A model generated the notes under the pieces. That model saw nothing but the letters and a program-made list of their open reading frames with translations. It was not told where the DNA came from and searched no databases. Source: Proteromonas lacertae (lineage: Eukaryota). Taken from it: DNA of 64,000 nt. The DNA lies in assembly GCA_002245135.1 (NCBI GenBank), contig NGBS01001186.1, positions 1 to 64,000 of the forward strand, read 5' to 3'. This document shows positions 51,901 through 64,000 of this stretch, one piece after another. Position 1 is the stretch's first letter. Every line of letters starts with the position of its first letter. Position numbers and translations under genes: made by a program.

Positions 51901-54900
51901 TAATGTCTTTTGATCTTCATCTGGATAGATAAATCCTTCTTCAGCTGGATGTTTTCTTGCAGCCATCTTTTCTTCAGCTTCTTCATCACCTTCTGGATCT
52001 AAGATGATTACTACTTTGGGGAAGATATGTGCATTTCTTAATTGTTCCCATTGTTCCACTGTATTTGGATAGTCTATTAATATATAATGTTTAGGAACTG
52101 TTGGATCATCTAATGAATCTGGATCTGGTATATCATCCCAAGGATTCTTTGGTGGTTTATCTTCATCATCTTCATCTTCATTCTCCTGTTCTTCTTCTTC
52201 CTCCTCTGGTTCTGGTTCAGGTTCTCCTTTCTTATGTTTCTTCTTCTTATCAGGTGGTGGAGGATTTTCACTACCGAATTTATAAGGTGCTGTTGGGTTG
52301 AAGAATCGAGCTATTGCTTGAGCTGCTTTTTTGTGATTCATTACTTCACCAGATTCTAGCATTGGACCAATTTCTTCAGAAACAGGTGAATTCTCACGAG
52401 TTGCCATTATTGTTAAGACTTGTTGAGGTGTATATACAGCTAATTGATATTCTTTCGCTATTTTTCCAGCTACTGTGTGTTTTCCAGTTTGTGGTAATCC
52501 TAATATCCATACTTTATTGCATTTAGGTAAAATAGGTCTTTCTAATAAGAATGGTTTTGGATTATTTAAGAATTCTTTCATTGCTTCTTCTGATGATAAT
52601 AAGTATAATTTTCCTCTGAATATAACATTGTATTCTTCTTTACCAAATTCAATTCTTCCTTCCTTCAAAGCGATTGGACAGAGATTTCTAAATGAACTCC
52701 ATTTTCTAGGCACTTTATTCATTGGATCAGCTTCTGGATCAGTTAATAACCATTTCTGTTTTTCAGCAGGAGTTGAACCATCTAAATCTTCAGGTAATTC
52801 AATATGTCTTGGTCCTAAATTATTTGTAATTCTTGAGAATGGTGGTAATTGTTCACCTAATCTTAATAATATTTCTTCTACTACATCAGATGGTGTTTGT
52901 GTTGCATCTATTAATAAATGTGTTTCATCTGGTTGTAAGCATTGCTCTTTATATTCTTCCAATTCTCTTTTAATATTCTCTTCTTCATCTTCTGGTCTTT
53001 TGATTAATAATTTTGGGATTCTTTTAAGTGGAGGATCATATGGACCTGATTCTTCATGTTGTTTTCTCACTACTTTATTCAAATCAACTTCTTCTTCACC
53101 ATTTGATTCTTCCTCTTCTTCATCCTCTGGTTCTTCTTCCTCTTCTTCGCCACCTTCTGGCTTTTCTTCAGGTGCATCTTCTTCCTCTTCAGCTGCTTGT
53201 CTTGCTTCTTCTTCTGCTGCTAATATTTCTTCCCAAGCATCTTTCAAAGCTTGATCTTCTTCTTCTTGTGCTTCTGTATCAACTACCTCATCACCATCAT
53301 CGTTTGTGGTATATTTAGTTGGTTTTCCTCTACGAATATCATATTCAGAGAATAATTCACCTGTTGTTGGATCTATTCTATTTCCTGATCTTCTTAATAT
53401 TAAATCATCATCAGATATATCTAAGTTAATAATATAATCTGGTTCTGGTAAAACATCTTTAATTGCTTCAAATTCTTCTTTGTTTCTTGGTAAACCATCG
53501 ATTAAAATACCTTTATAACTTGTCTTTGCTTTTTCTACAGCTTCTCTAATTAATTGACGTTCTAATTCATAAGGAACTGCATTACCATTTAACATTTCTC
53601 TATGCGCAATTTGTTCTAAAGTTGGTGGTGGAGGTGGTTCTTTTGGTTCTTCAGGAATTGGTTCTTCTTTTGGTTTATTTTCATCATCTTCTTCTTCTCC
53701 TCTTTCTTCTTCTTCTTCTTCTTCTTCTTCCTGCTCTTCTTTTTCATCCTCTTTTTCTTCCTTTTCATCTTCTTTCTCTTCATCTTCATCTTCGTCTTCT
53801 TTATCTTCATCATTTTCATCACCTTCTTCTTTTTCACCTTCTTCTTTTTCTTCACCTTCTACTGCTTCTCCATCTTCTTCACCTTCTTTTACTTCTGCTT
53901 CTGCTTCTGGCTCTGGTTCAGGTTCAGGTTCTGGCTCATCTTCCTCTTCTTCCTGTTGTTCTTCTTCCTCTTCTTCACCGTTAGTTTCTTTCTTTGGAAT
54001 TACACCTTTTACTAATTTCTCAATATCAATATGAATCATATTCAATTTATCAGCCAATTGTTCACAAGCTGTTGTTTTTCCTACACCAGGTTTTCCTATA
54101 ACCCAATAACAAGGTGATTTCTTATGCATTAAATCAATATCCTCTTGTTCAGAATCATAATCATCTCTTTCATATACATTATCATCAACTGGTGGTTCTA
54201 ATTGATCAATATCTGGCTGTGTCTTGTGTTTAGTTCTCTTTATCTTACGTCTGATTCTTCTTTCTCTTTTATCTTTCTCTGTTTCTTTTCCTTCATTTCC
54301 TCCTTCTTCTCCTTTATTTGTAGCATCACCACTTTCACCACCTTCTTGACCTTCATTTGATTCATCTTCATCACCACTTTCTTCTTCATCATCTTCATTT
54401 ACACCAGGTATAATCTCTTCATCTTCATCAAAGGTAATTCTATGGCCAGGAGAGTTCATTTTTGGACTAAATTGATCATTTTCATTTCTATTAATAATAT
54501 CATCTATTCCTTTATTTTGTTCATGCAATTTAGCAACCATAATTTGACTTTTAATTGAACCAACTTGATCTAAATCTTTTATTAAATTCTCATTTATTTT
54601 ATTATTATTATTATTATTATTATTACCAGTAGTTTCAGAATCCATATTACTTGGGTTTGTTGTACTATTATATTCAGAATCACTAGTTATGCTACTAGTA
54701 GTATCAGGTCTATATTTTGAATTATTATTGGAGGTAAGCGAAGATACATCATCATTATCAGAAGTATCACTTTCACTATCACTATCTGTAGTATTATCAC
54801 CAGTTTTTCTACCTTTTATTCTTCTACCTTTAACATCTGATTCAGATTCACTTTCTTCAGTACCAGTTTCTGGAATATCAGGTTGTAGTTTGAGTTTTTT

Positions 54901-57900
54901 GTTAATATCATCATTTTCATCTATTCTGGAGTTTCTTTGAGGAGTTGTTGTTCCACTTGTGGAGTTACTGAATTCACCAGTGTGTTCTTTACAATCTGTG
55001 ATTATATCATCTAATGTCTTATCAAGAGTATTGTTTAATTCATCTTCTTCATCAGGAGTGTGTAGTTTCTTTCTTCTTTCTTCTTCTTCTTCTTTTTCTT
55101 CTTTATCAGCTTTTTCTTTGGCTTCTCTTTCACGTTCTTCTCTATCTTTAGCTTCCTTTTCTTTTGCTTCTCTTTCTTTTCTTCTTTGTTCTCTTTCTTC
55201 AGGTGTTAATCCATCTTCATCATCAGCAATAATTCCTAAATTAGCAGTATCATCTTCATCACCATTTAATAATTCCTTTTCTTTAGCTTCTCTTTCCTTT
55301 CTTTCTCTTTCTGCAGCTTCTTCTTCTTCTTTCTCTTTTCTTCTTTTTTCCTTCTCTTCTGGTGATAATCCTTCTTCATCTTCACCATTTTCTTCATCTT
55401 CATTATTATCTCCATCTCCTTTACCATTAAGATGACTTTTTCTATTACTCTTTCTACTACCATCTGGATTTAATTCATCATCATCATCTCCATCTCCTTT
55501 CTTTATTTCTACCACTGGTGCTACCACCACCATTCTCATTATCACCATCATTTGCAGTTGTGGATCTTGCACTTTTACTTTTATGACTTCTACTTGTACT
55601 TTTGGCTGATCCATCATGTAAATGATCTGTGATTGGTAGCTTTAATTCATCACTATCATTTTCATTTTCATTTTCACCTTCTTTATTTTCATTTAATTCA
55701 TCTTCTTCACGTTCATCATCACCTTTGTCACCAGCATCATCATCATCACCTTCTCTATTTTTATTACCACCACTACTTGGATTTAATTCATTATCATTAT
55801 AACCTTCATTAGTTGAATTTCTACCACTAATATTTTCATCATCTTGTGGAACTTCACCTTCACCACCATTGTTACCTTTACCTCCACTACTACCTGGTTT
55901 ATTTTTATTCATATCTCTATTTTCACCATTAGTACCACTACCTGATTTGCCATTATTATTATTATCATCAATACCTTTGCCATTTCCACCTTTACCGCCT
56001 TTTTCACCTTTACTACTACTACCTGTAGTATTACTACTATCACCATTTCCTCCTTTGACTTTACCATTAAAACCTTCACCTCCTTTATCACCACCTTTAC
56101 CACCACGATTACGTGATTTTCTTCCTCCTTTACCAGGTATTTCTTCAGGTTCTTCTTCACTTAGTTCATCAATAGCATCATTATTATCTCCATCTCCACC
56201 TTTATCTTTCTTTTTTCCTTTATAGCTCTCTTTATCATTATCAGGTCTTACACCATCAGCAACTAAACTCTTTCTTTTTCTACCCTTTTTACCACCACCA
56301 CCTTTATCACCTTTTTCCGATTTCCTCTTCTTCTTTTCTTCATCTGCTTTTTCTTTTGCATCTGCTATTACTCCCATTGGTTTAATATCTTCTAATGGAG
56401 CTATTTCAAATACCACTTCATCCTCTGGCTTTTCTGGATTAGGAAAAATAACTTCTTCTTTATATTTATTCTTCTTTTTAGGTTTTTCATCTTCTGGATT
56501 TGGTAAATCATCATCAGGAGTAGGAACAACACTACTATTTTCACCACCATCTTTATTACCACTATCTTTATTACCACTATTTCCTTTATCTGGATTAGTA
56601 TTAACTTTAGGTGCAGCAGTTTTAACTATTGATTTTGGTTTAGGATTGACGAGTTTACTTGGAGGTTTCATCATATCTTTTAAACCTTTATCATTACTAC
56701 CACCTTTGCCTTTATTATTATTATCACCAGTTTTTGGTCTATTATTTTGTGTTGGTGAAGATCCTGGAGTTTTCACTTTCTTCTCTTTTAAATTTGTTGT
56801 TGCTCTATTTGGATCATTATCTTCACTTTCTCCTTCATTTGGTACATCAGGTTCTTCATTGACTAAATTTACATCAACATTTTCTGGCTGTACAGAATCA
56901 TTCATTTTATTCTCACGAATAATATTCTTTGGAGTTTTTCCTTTTCCTTTAGTTGGTTTAGGTAATGGTTTTGGTATTGTGATTGTTGTTGGTTTTATTT
57001 CTTTATTTTCTGATTTTCTACCTGGTTGAATCTTACTACTTTTTCTACCATTTGTTAAATCATTATCTCTATCTTTAGTATTACTTCGATGACTATTACT
57101 CTGTTTATTACTATTTGTGCTATCTTTATTATCAGTATTATCTATATCAATTGGTGGAATTTCATTATTATTCAATTCATCAACTGGTGGTTTAATTTCT
57201 TCCTCAGCTGGTGGTATTTGTGATGGTTCTAGTTGAGATATTGGCGGTACTTCTGCTGTTTTAGGTTGTTCTTCCTTTGGTCCTTCATTTGTAGTAGTTG
57301 GTGCTGGTTCATCAGGTTTTATTGGAAAATCAAAATCATCATCTGGTACCCATTCATCATCCTCTTCTTTCTTCTGTTTGCCTTTCTTCTTTTCTTCCAA
57401 TAATCTCTTTTGTTCCTCCAATCTTTCTTTAGCAGTCATTCTTTTACCTCTTTTAGACCCTTTTGTACCTTTTTTAATATTCTTTACTTCTTTATGTTGA
57501 GGTCCTTCATTATTATCACTTCCATCATTATTTAGTACGGCTTTTATAGTTGGTGCGACATATGTTACACTACCATTTGGACTAGTGATTTTCTTTACTG
57601 TCAATCGTTTTTGTAGTGTGGTTAAGAAATCTGCATATTCATCTCCATCTATATCCAAACACCATATATCTGCTAATTCGAAAAAACTATCAAAAAATTG
57701 TTGGTAAGTTAGCATGTCTGATCCTTGACTGTCTCTTTGCCAATCGTTTTGTGCTGCACATCTTGCTTGATATTCATCGAACTGTGGTGCTAATACTTTG
57801 GCTATTTTTACCATTACATCTATATAATCATCCTATATTCAATTAGACAATAAAATGATTGATACTTTTGATATTCTCATTTTTTCATCTTTCTTAAATA

Positions 57901-58152
57901 AACGCCAAAATTTTTGTAAAGCCATTGACACTTTTGGATATCGTTTTAATGCTTGTCTTGCTCTAATAGCTGCTTCACAATCAAAATCTGGGTTACCTTG
58001 GTCATAATAACTAGATAGTATTAAATTATAAAATCATACGGAACATCTAATTTCTGCTTTTCCCATTCAAACATCAAACTAGGATCTGGCTTCTCAACTT
58101 CCATAGTCCTACCGAAAGCCACTCGAGGGGATTGTTTTACAGTGTCTGCCAT
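48940..58152 (-). CDS. AK9: Giant adenylate kinase 9-like protein (about 3000 aa); one frameshift near 55498
   Basis: Four P-loops (GKPGVGKT, GLPQTGKH, GPSGSGKS, GPPLSGRT) interleaved with YHS-like YCPV..F...P.KY repeats, and an AK9-type C-terminus KYP..SVKES..YMKAHNPK. Upstream ORF 55484-57814 plus two 5' exons join if one A is removed. Confidence 0.82.
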
Positions 58153-58350
58153 TATTGTGTGATTAATATATAAATAAAATTGCTATTATTATGTGTAACT
58201 TCAAAATATAAAACGGTTTTAACGATTAAAGCTTGACTTGAAAAAAAGTTTGAATTTGGCTTGAGTATCTTTTTCTTTTTTTCTTGATTTTTTATAATAT
58301 CATCATCATTTTAAGGACATTTATAGAATTATTTAGCATTAATCACCAAC

Positions 58351-61300
58351 ATGTCATACTATAAAACAATAGAAGATGATTTACGGACTTTGGCAGTTGA
58401 TTCAAAGAAGAAAAGTATTATATAGTGTTTTTATGTATTTTAGATAAAGCATTAAAAGAAGCTTCTGAAACAGGACTTCAGGTTCTCAGAGATTTAGAAA
58501 GTAAAGCTAAAAGTGGAGAAGTGCAAAGGGATATAATGATATTCCAGCCTTTCATGATGGCATTAGCTAAAACAACAGAAAAAACTAATATTATTTTAGA
58601 TGCTTTAAACGGAATTCAACATTTGGTTAGTTTTAATGCTGTTAATGAAGATGATATGGATTCTATATCTCAAGCATTTCTTGCTCAAGCTAATTCAGAA
58701 TCATTGGATGTTGTTCTCAAAATTCTACAAATATTCTCAATACTTATGAACCCATCCTTTGATATAAGATGTGAAACTATGTCTAGAGTATAATATAATA
58801 TAATATAATATAATATAATATAGTTATTTACAGCATTATTCAAATTCCACTTAGAATATACTGATGGTTTAATTGTTAATACTTCTTTAGCTACAATTCA
58901 TCAAGTATGCTTTATATAATTTATTGTTATTAATATATATAGGTAATTACAGTGTTATTAGATCGTGTAGAAAGCAAAGTAGTAGGTAAAACAGCTTCCA
59001 AAGATGTATATGAAGAACAAGAAAAAATCACAGATAGAAGACCACAAAATGAACCACCAAAATCATTAACAGGATATAGCCAATCATTGTTTATGTTAGT
59101 ACAAGATTTGTGTGAGGCTTGTTACAATCGTGAAGGCCTGTGGATACAAGAAATTCAAATACCTCCAGAATTAGGTATTGAATTTATCAGATTTATACTG
59201 AACAAACATGATAATATATTCAAATCAAGACCAGAGTTTGTAAGATTATTAAAACATCATGTTATTACCACTGTTTCAATGAATATGGATTCTGCTGTTC
59301 AATTTTCACATCAGTTTGGTTATATGAAGGCTTTATCATGTTTATTGACTGATTATTACAACATGATAAGTGATGAATGTGAAATATTCTTAGAAATGAT
59401 TCCTAGAAAGATTGTAAGTGAAGATATTACATTCCCAGTTCGTATATATATATATATTTATTTATTTATTGATTAGAATGGTCAACAATATTATCACTTG
59501 AAGTATTAAGAGCAGTAACCTCAAAATGTGATTTATTGATTGAAACTTATAAGAAATATGATTGTTCAGAAAAGAGTAGTGATGTTTATCAAACCTTAAT
59601 AGAAAGCTTGAGTCAATTTATAAAGAATGGATATACACAAATTAGAAAAACTGATCGATTAGATGCTGCATGGGATTTTCATTGGAAAAGACCAACTTTA
59701 AAAGATGAATTAGAAGAAGAACCTGAACTGTATTCTACACAACAAGTTTTGATGATTGGCTTAGAATCAATTGGAAATATTGCTGAAGCTTTGGATATGT
59801 TGCAACAGAAATATCAAACTGTGAAAAAGTATCTATATATTATGTTATAATGAAATAGTAAAAAGAAAAATGATGAAGAATTAGAAAGTAAACCATCGTA
59901 TAATATTATTATTATTATTATATAGAAAAGATGATTTCCCACTTACACAAGAAGAATTCAGTAAACTCACAATGTTATCATGGAAATACATTTACGACAC
60001 TTTGAATTTATATATGACTCACAGTTATGAAGATTCTTTAGTTGGTTACTTATGTGGATTATACCAATCAGTTACATTTACCTGTGGTTATTTAGAATTA
60101 GAACAACCCAAAACTGAATATTTAATCTCATTATGTTATTATGCTGTTCCAAAGAGAGGAATACAAGATATTAGTCAATTATCATGTAGAAATATTCAAT
60201 CAATAAAAACAGTAGTGAATATTGCAACTAATTTAAGTCCAATAATGGGTCAATCATGGTCAATAGTACTACAAACATTAGATGCATTTTATGAATTGTA
60301 TGAAAAGAGAGGAAGTACTCAATCTGATATAAATAATCCATTTTCAAATGATGCTGAGATTCAGATATTGGAGAATTCTATTAATACTTTATTTGAACAA
60401 TCAAAATATATTACAGATCAAGCTAGTATAAATATTATTTAATTATGATTATTATTAATATAGTTGTATTAATGATAAGAGCACTTGGAGTATTATCTGT
60501 TAAGGATTTAGGTGATTCAGTAGAAGATTCCAGTAAAGCACGAGATCGATTAGCAAGTTCAGTAAATATTGGTATTAAGATTGATAAAGATGATACTTCT
60601 AATAAAAGTAGAATATCACATCCACCATTTGTATTGAGACAATTCTTTAATACTATTAAAATCAATGTATTTTTTTTTATTTTCATTTCTTTATATTGAT
60701 ATATTGTGTAATAGATTTATAGAATATCATTGATATGGGATACTTTTGTGAGATATGAAACTTGTTTTACATCCAATAAATTAGAGATAATCAGAACATT
60801 CAGTGTGAAAGAGTATTTTGCTATGATTATTGCTTTACTGAATTATACAAAACCTGATAACAAATCTGATTCATCAGTATATATATAATTATTAATTAAT
60901 AGAATAAAACACCAGAATATACAGGTAAATACAAACCACCAAGCTCAATGCAAGCTAAAGCTCTCGAGCCATTATCCAGATTCTTATCGCATGGTCATGA
61001 AGATTTGAATAAGTTAGTGTTAGAACAAATCGAAGAATTATTGAATGTATGTGGTGGAGATGCATTGAAAGATGGTTGGCAATATATCATTCAATCATTA
61101 GAAAATGCTGTAAAGAATTGTCCAGATAATGATGAAATTGTAACTTTAGGATTTAGAAATGTGCAATTAATTGGTGATGATTTCTTATATGAAATGACAA
61201 ATGGCTCATTGGAGTATTATATCACCTGTATTGCTGCTTATGCAAGACAAGTATATATAAATATATATAAATATAATATATAGACTGCTGATATTAATCA

Positions 61301-61995
61301 TAGTTTGACAAGTATTGGTATATATTGGAAAGTAGGTGATTATATAAGAAGATATGTAGATAAATCAACAGGTGGACCTCCAGATGCTGATTTTATTGAT
61401 CAAATGAGGAAGAATTTAATGACTGAATTATGTTCACTAGGTTTTGATTCTGTATATATATATATATTCTAATAATAATAATAATAGAGACCTCAAGTGA
61501 GAAATTGTGCTATTGAAACATTATGTGGTATCTTAGTAACACATGGAAAAATATTAGTCAATAACAAATGGGAAGAATGTATAAAAGGATCATTATTTCC
61601 ATTTATGAAAGATATAAAGAGAAATTCACAAGAACACAAAGGTCAGACAGTAGAATCATCAGATCCTAAGATTAGAGTTCATCACAGTAGAGATACTTTA
61701 GAAAAACAATGGAATGAAACAATTGTATTGACACTTCGAGGTGTAGTAAGAATAATTAAACAATATATTATTATATTAAATCAATTTGACTGGTTTGATG
61801 GTGTTTGGAATGATTTGTTAAGTCAAATTAAACAATATGCTAATCAATCAAGTGGTAAGGAAGTTCCATTAGCTGCATTGAACTGTTTTTATGAAATGCA
61901 TCCTCTGATTAGTGATAGTAGTAATATACAGAAGTATAGTACTGGAATGAAAGTGGTTGATGGTGCTTTGGTTCAAGTTGGAGCAACATCAGTAT

Positions 61996-62032
<37 letters not shown>

Positions 62033-63476
62033 GAGTGAATCATCTTCTGCATCAGAAACACCTCGTGATGGAATAGCTGAAGAAAAAAGAACTGAATTAT
62101 GGATTGATGTGTTGAAATGTTATGAAGATATTTGCACCAATACAAATCTAATCAAGCATCCTGACTTTTATGATATTGTCTCTCAGATTATAAAGAATCT
62201 AAAAAATTTCCATGAAAGTTCAAAGTATATATAATATCATTATTATTTTTATTTAATAGAGAAAAAGAATTTTCTGATTCTCAATACTTAAGAAGATTAT
62301 TCAACTGTTTTGTTAGTTTATTAGAAATGAGTGTAAAAGTACCAGATCCAAATAATGGAACTCCAAGAAAGAATGCAAAACCATCAATGAATCAAGTGCA
62401 AAGGCAAGTTTTAGAATACTTAGAAAAAATATCTTTACCACCAAAGACTGAGATTTGGTGTTTATATATTGAAATATTACAGAAAATATTATTTAGTGCA
62501 AATAACATCATATTTGAAAATAAGATAAAATCAATATTAATAACAACCTATCAGAATTGTCCAGTTGAGGCTAAAGCATTATCATTTGAAACAATGATCA
62601 AATCCTTAACACGACTAATGGAAATAAGAAAAGGAAGAGGAGATGGTTCAACTGAAGAAAGTGAATGGAATACAATCATTGAAACAATAAATTCTGTAAT
62701 TACCAATGGATTAAGAGCAGCTGTAACAGAATCTGAAAGAGTGACAGATGAATTGGTTAAAAACTCATGGAAAATGGTTTGTGAAGTTATCAAAACCAGT
62801 TCAGTTCCTCCAGTGTCAGCCAATGATCTACAATTATTAAAAACAACAGTTTCTTCCATTGTTCCTTTAATTCCTGATGATTTAGTACCAGTTGATGCTC
62901 AAGATTTGATTACTTCTACAATATTCAATTGTGCAAGTACATCTATTGGTGCTGATAGTACAATATCTAATGAAGAGATGGCAAAGTTATCAATTAGTTT
63001 GTTGATGGATTTCTGTGAAGATAAAGGTGATTCAATTCCTGCTTTATCTGTATATTATTTATTGACTATTATTCATTATAAATAAATAGATGGCAAAGAA
63101 AGCATTACCTCATTTACAAAGATTGTTAGAACAACTGCTAGAGATATTAACTGGCAAAGTAAATATTGAATTTGCTGATCCAAGACTAAATGAAGCAGAT
63201 CGTTTAGATTACTTACCTCATTATGGTCCAAAGAGTGTTTTAAGAGAACAACATAATGTAATTATACATTCACTTACCAGATTAATATCATTAAAGGTGA
63301 ATAATGCCGTATTACCTGATTGTCCAATTGAGAGTAAAGTTGAAGGTAAAGTTCCTGGATTAATTTGGAGATTATTCCCAAGATTGTGTATAAGCATAAA
63401 TACAAAGGATGAAGATATTAGAAAACTAATTCAGCGATTAATGGTGAAAGCTTCTCAAGAAATTGGATTATATTAA
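58351..63476 (+). CDS. MON2: MON2 (Sec7/BIG-related HEAT scaffold)
   Basis: IEDDLRTLAVDSKKK..LKEASE N-terminus, DINHSLTSIGILWKVGD, DSRPQVRNCAIETL, VHHSRDTLEKQWNETIVLTL. About a dozen short introns. Confidence 0.9.
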
Positions 63477-63900
63477 ATAATGTATTTTCTATTAATCAAA
63501 AAATCATTCATATATATTTGTATGTTGTGTTGTTGGTTAATGGAGTATATCTGAAGTAGTTGAGAAAATATTTGAAGTTGGCATTACAGTTGAATTAAAA
63601 TATAGTAATAATTGTAGATATAATCCGCTATATCACTAACAATCCTTTTATTGTTCTTCAAGCTTTTTTTAAATATCAAGCTTTTTGAATTTTCTTTGTT
63701 TCTTTCTTAATTCTAATGAGCTAATTATCATGTTGTAGGGATTAAACAGAAGAAATGAGAATAGTTATAACAGTTAGATGCAAATTAAAAATTCGAGATT
63801 TAACACTAACCCTAAATGTAAATCAATTTCCTCCAAATGCTGAACAAAGAAATCGTAGTAATGATTAACAAGATTTGAGAACTATAAATAGTTTTATACT

Positions 63901-64000
63901 AAGTTATAAAAACATACAGATTGCTTATATTGTGGAGTTAAATTTGATGAATCAGACACAAATAAAAGAATAATACTGCATCATGATCATTTTAGTGGAT
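63901..64000 (+). mobile_element. Degenerate endonuclease VII-like fragment (Polinton/adintovirus pPolB-associated type), truncated by the window end
   Basis: Reads KL*KHTDCLYCGVKFDESDTNKRIILHHDHFSG, matching CxxC...HxHFxG. No intact upstream frame. Confidence 0.5.

Noticed and set aside
50144..57029. Many plus-strand S/L/F-rich ORFs in the track
   Set aside because: Antisense shadows of the E/D/K-rich AK9-like gene. The same applies to antisense ORFs over the Tudor, kinase and transporter genes.
63805..63816. Telomeric repeat CTAACCCTAA
   Set aside because: A single occurrence, not an array.

Overview
Very AT-rich, gene-dense eukaryotic DNA in the standard genetic code. Most genes are split by tiny GT-AG introns (about 25-35 nt) and many are arranged head-to-head across 60-200 bp gaps. 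Flagellar genes (roadblock light chain, AK9-like, SAXO/TEX45-like, AKAP28-domain protein) plus the intron style suggest a flagellated protist, possibly a Blastocystis relative such as Proteromonas (inference only). I rebuilt about 27 genes by hand, including CCT3, CHD1L/ALC1, three tandem SLC17-type transporters, TRPT1, UFC1, TPK1, MON2 and a giant AK9-like gene. Main observations not visible in the ORF track: (1) five U12-type introns (four AT-AC, one AT-AA) of 54-59 nt with a shifted consensus; (2) an intron splitting the start codon (AT|G) in all three transporters; (3) five box C/D snoRNA candidates, one SNORD15/U15-like, in the only two very long introns (CCT3); (4) three pseudokinase-LRR copies in different states of decay; (5) three small TM/CaaX paralogs with CCAAT plus E2F-like promoters and a 218 bp near-perfect inverted repeat; (6) a recurrent AAACG/CGTTT motif near start codons; (7) an unexplained hairpin-rich element at 27.2 kb; (8) an endonuclease VII-like, Polinton-type fragment at the window end. 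Several single-base frameshifts may be assembly errors. Gene coordinates are start-to-stop spans including introns, and all family assignments come from motif recognition, not database searches.
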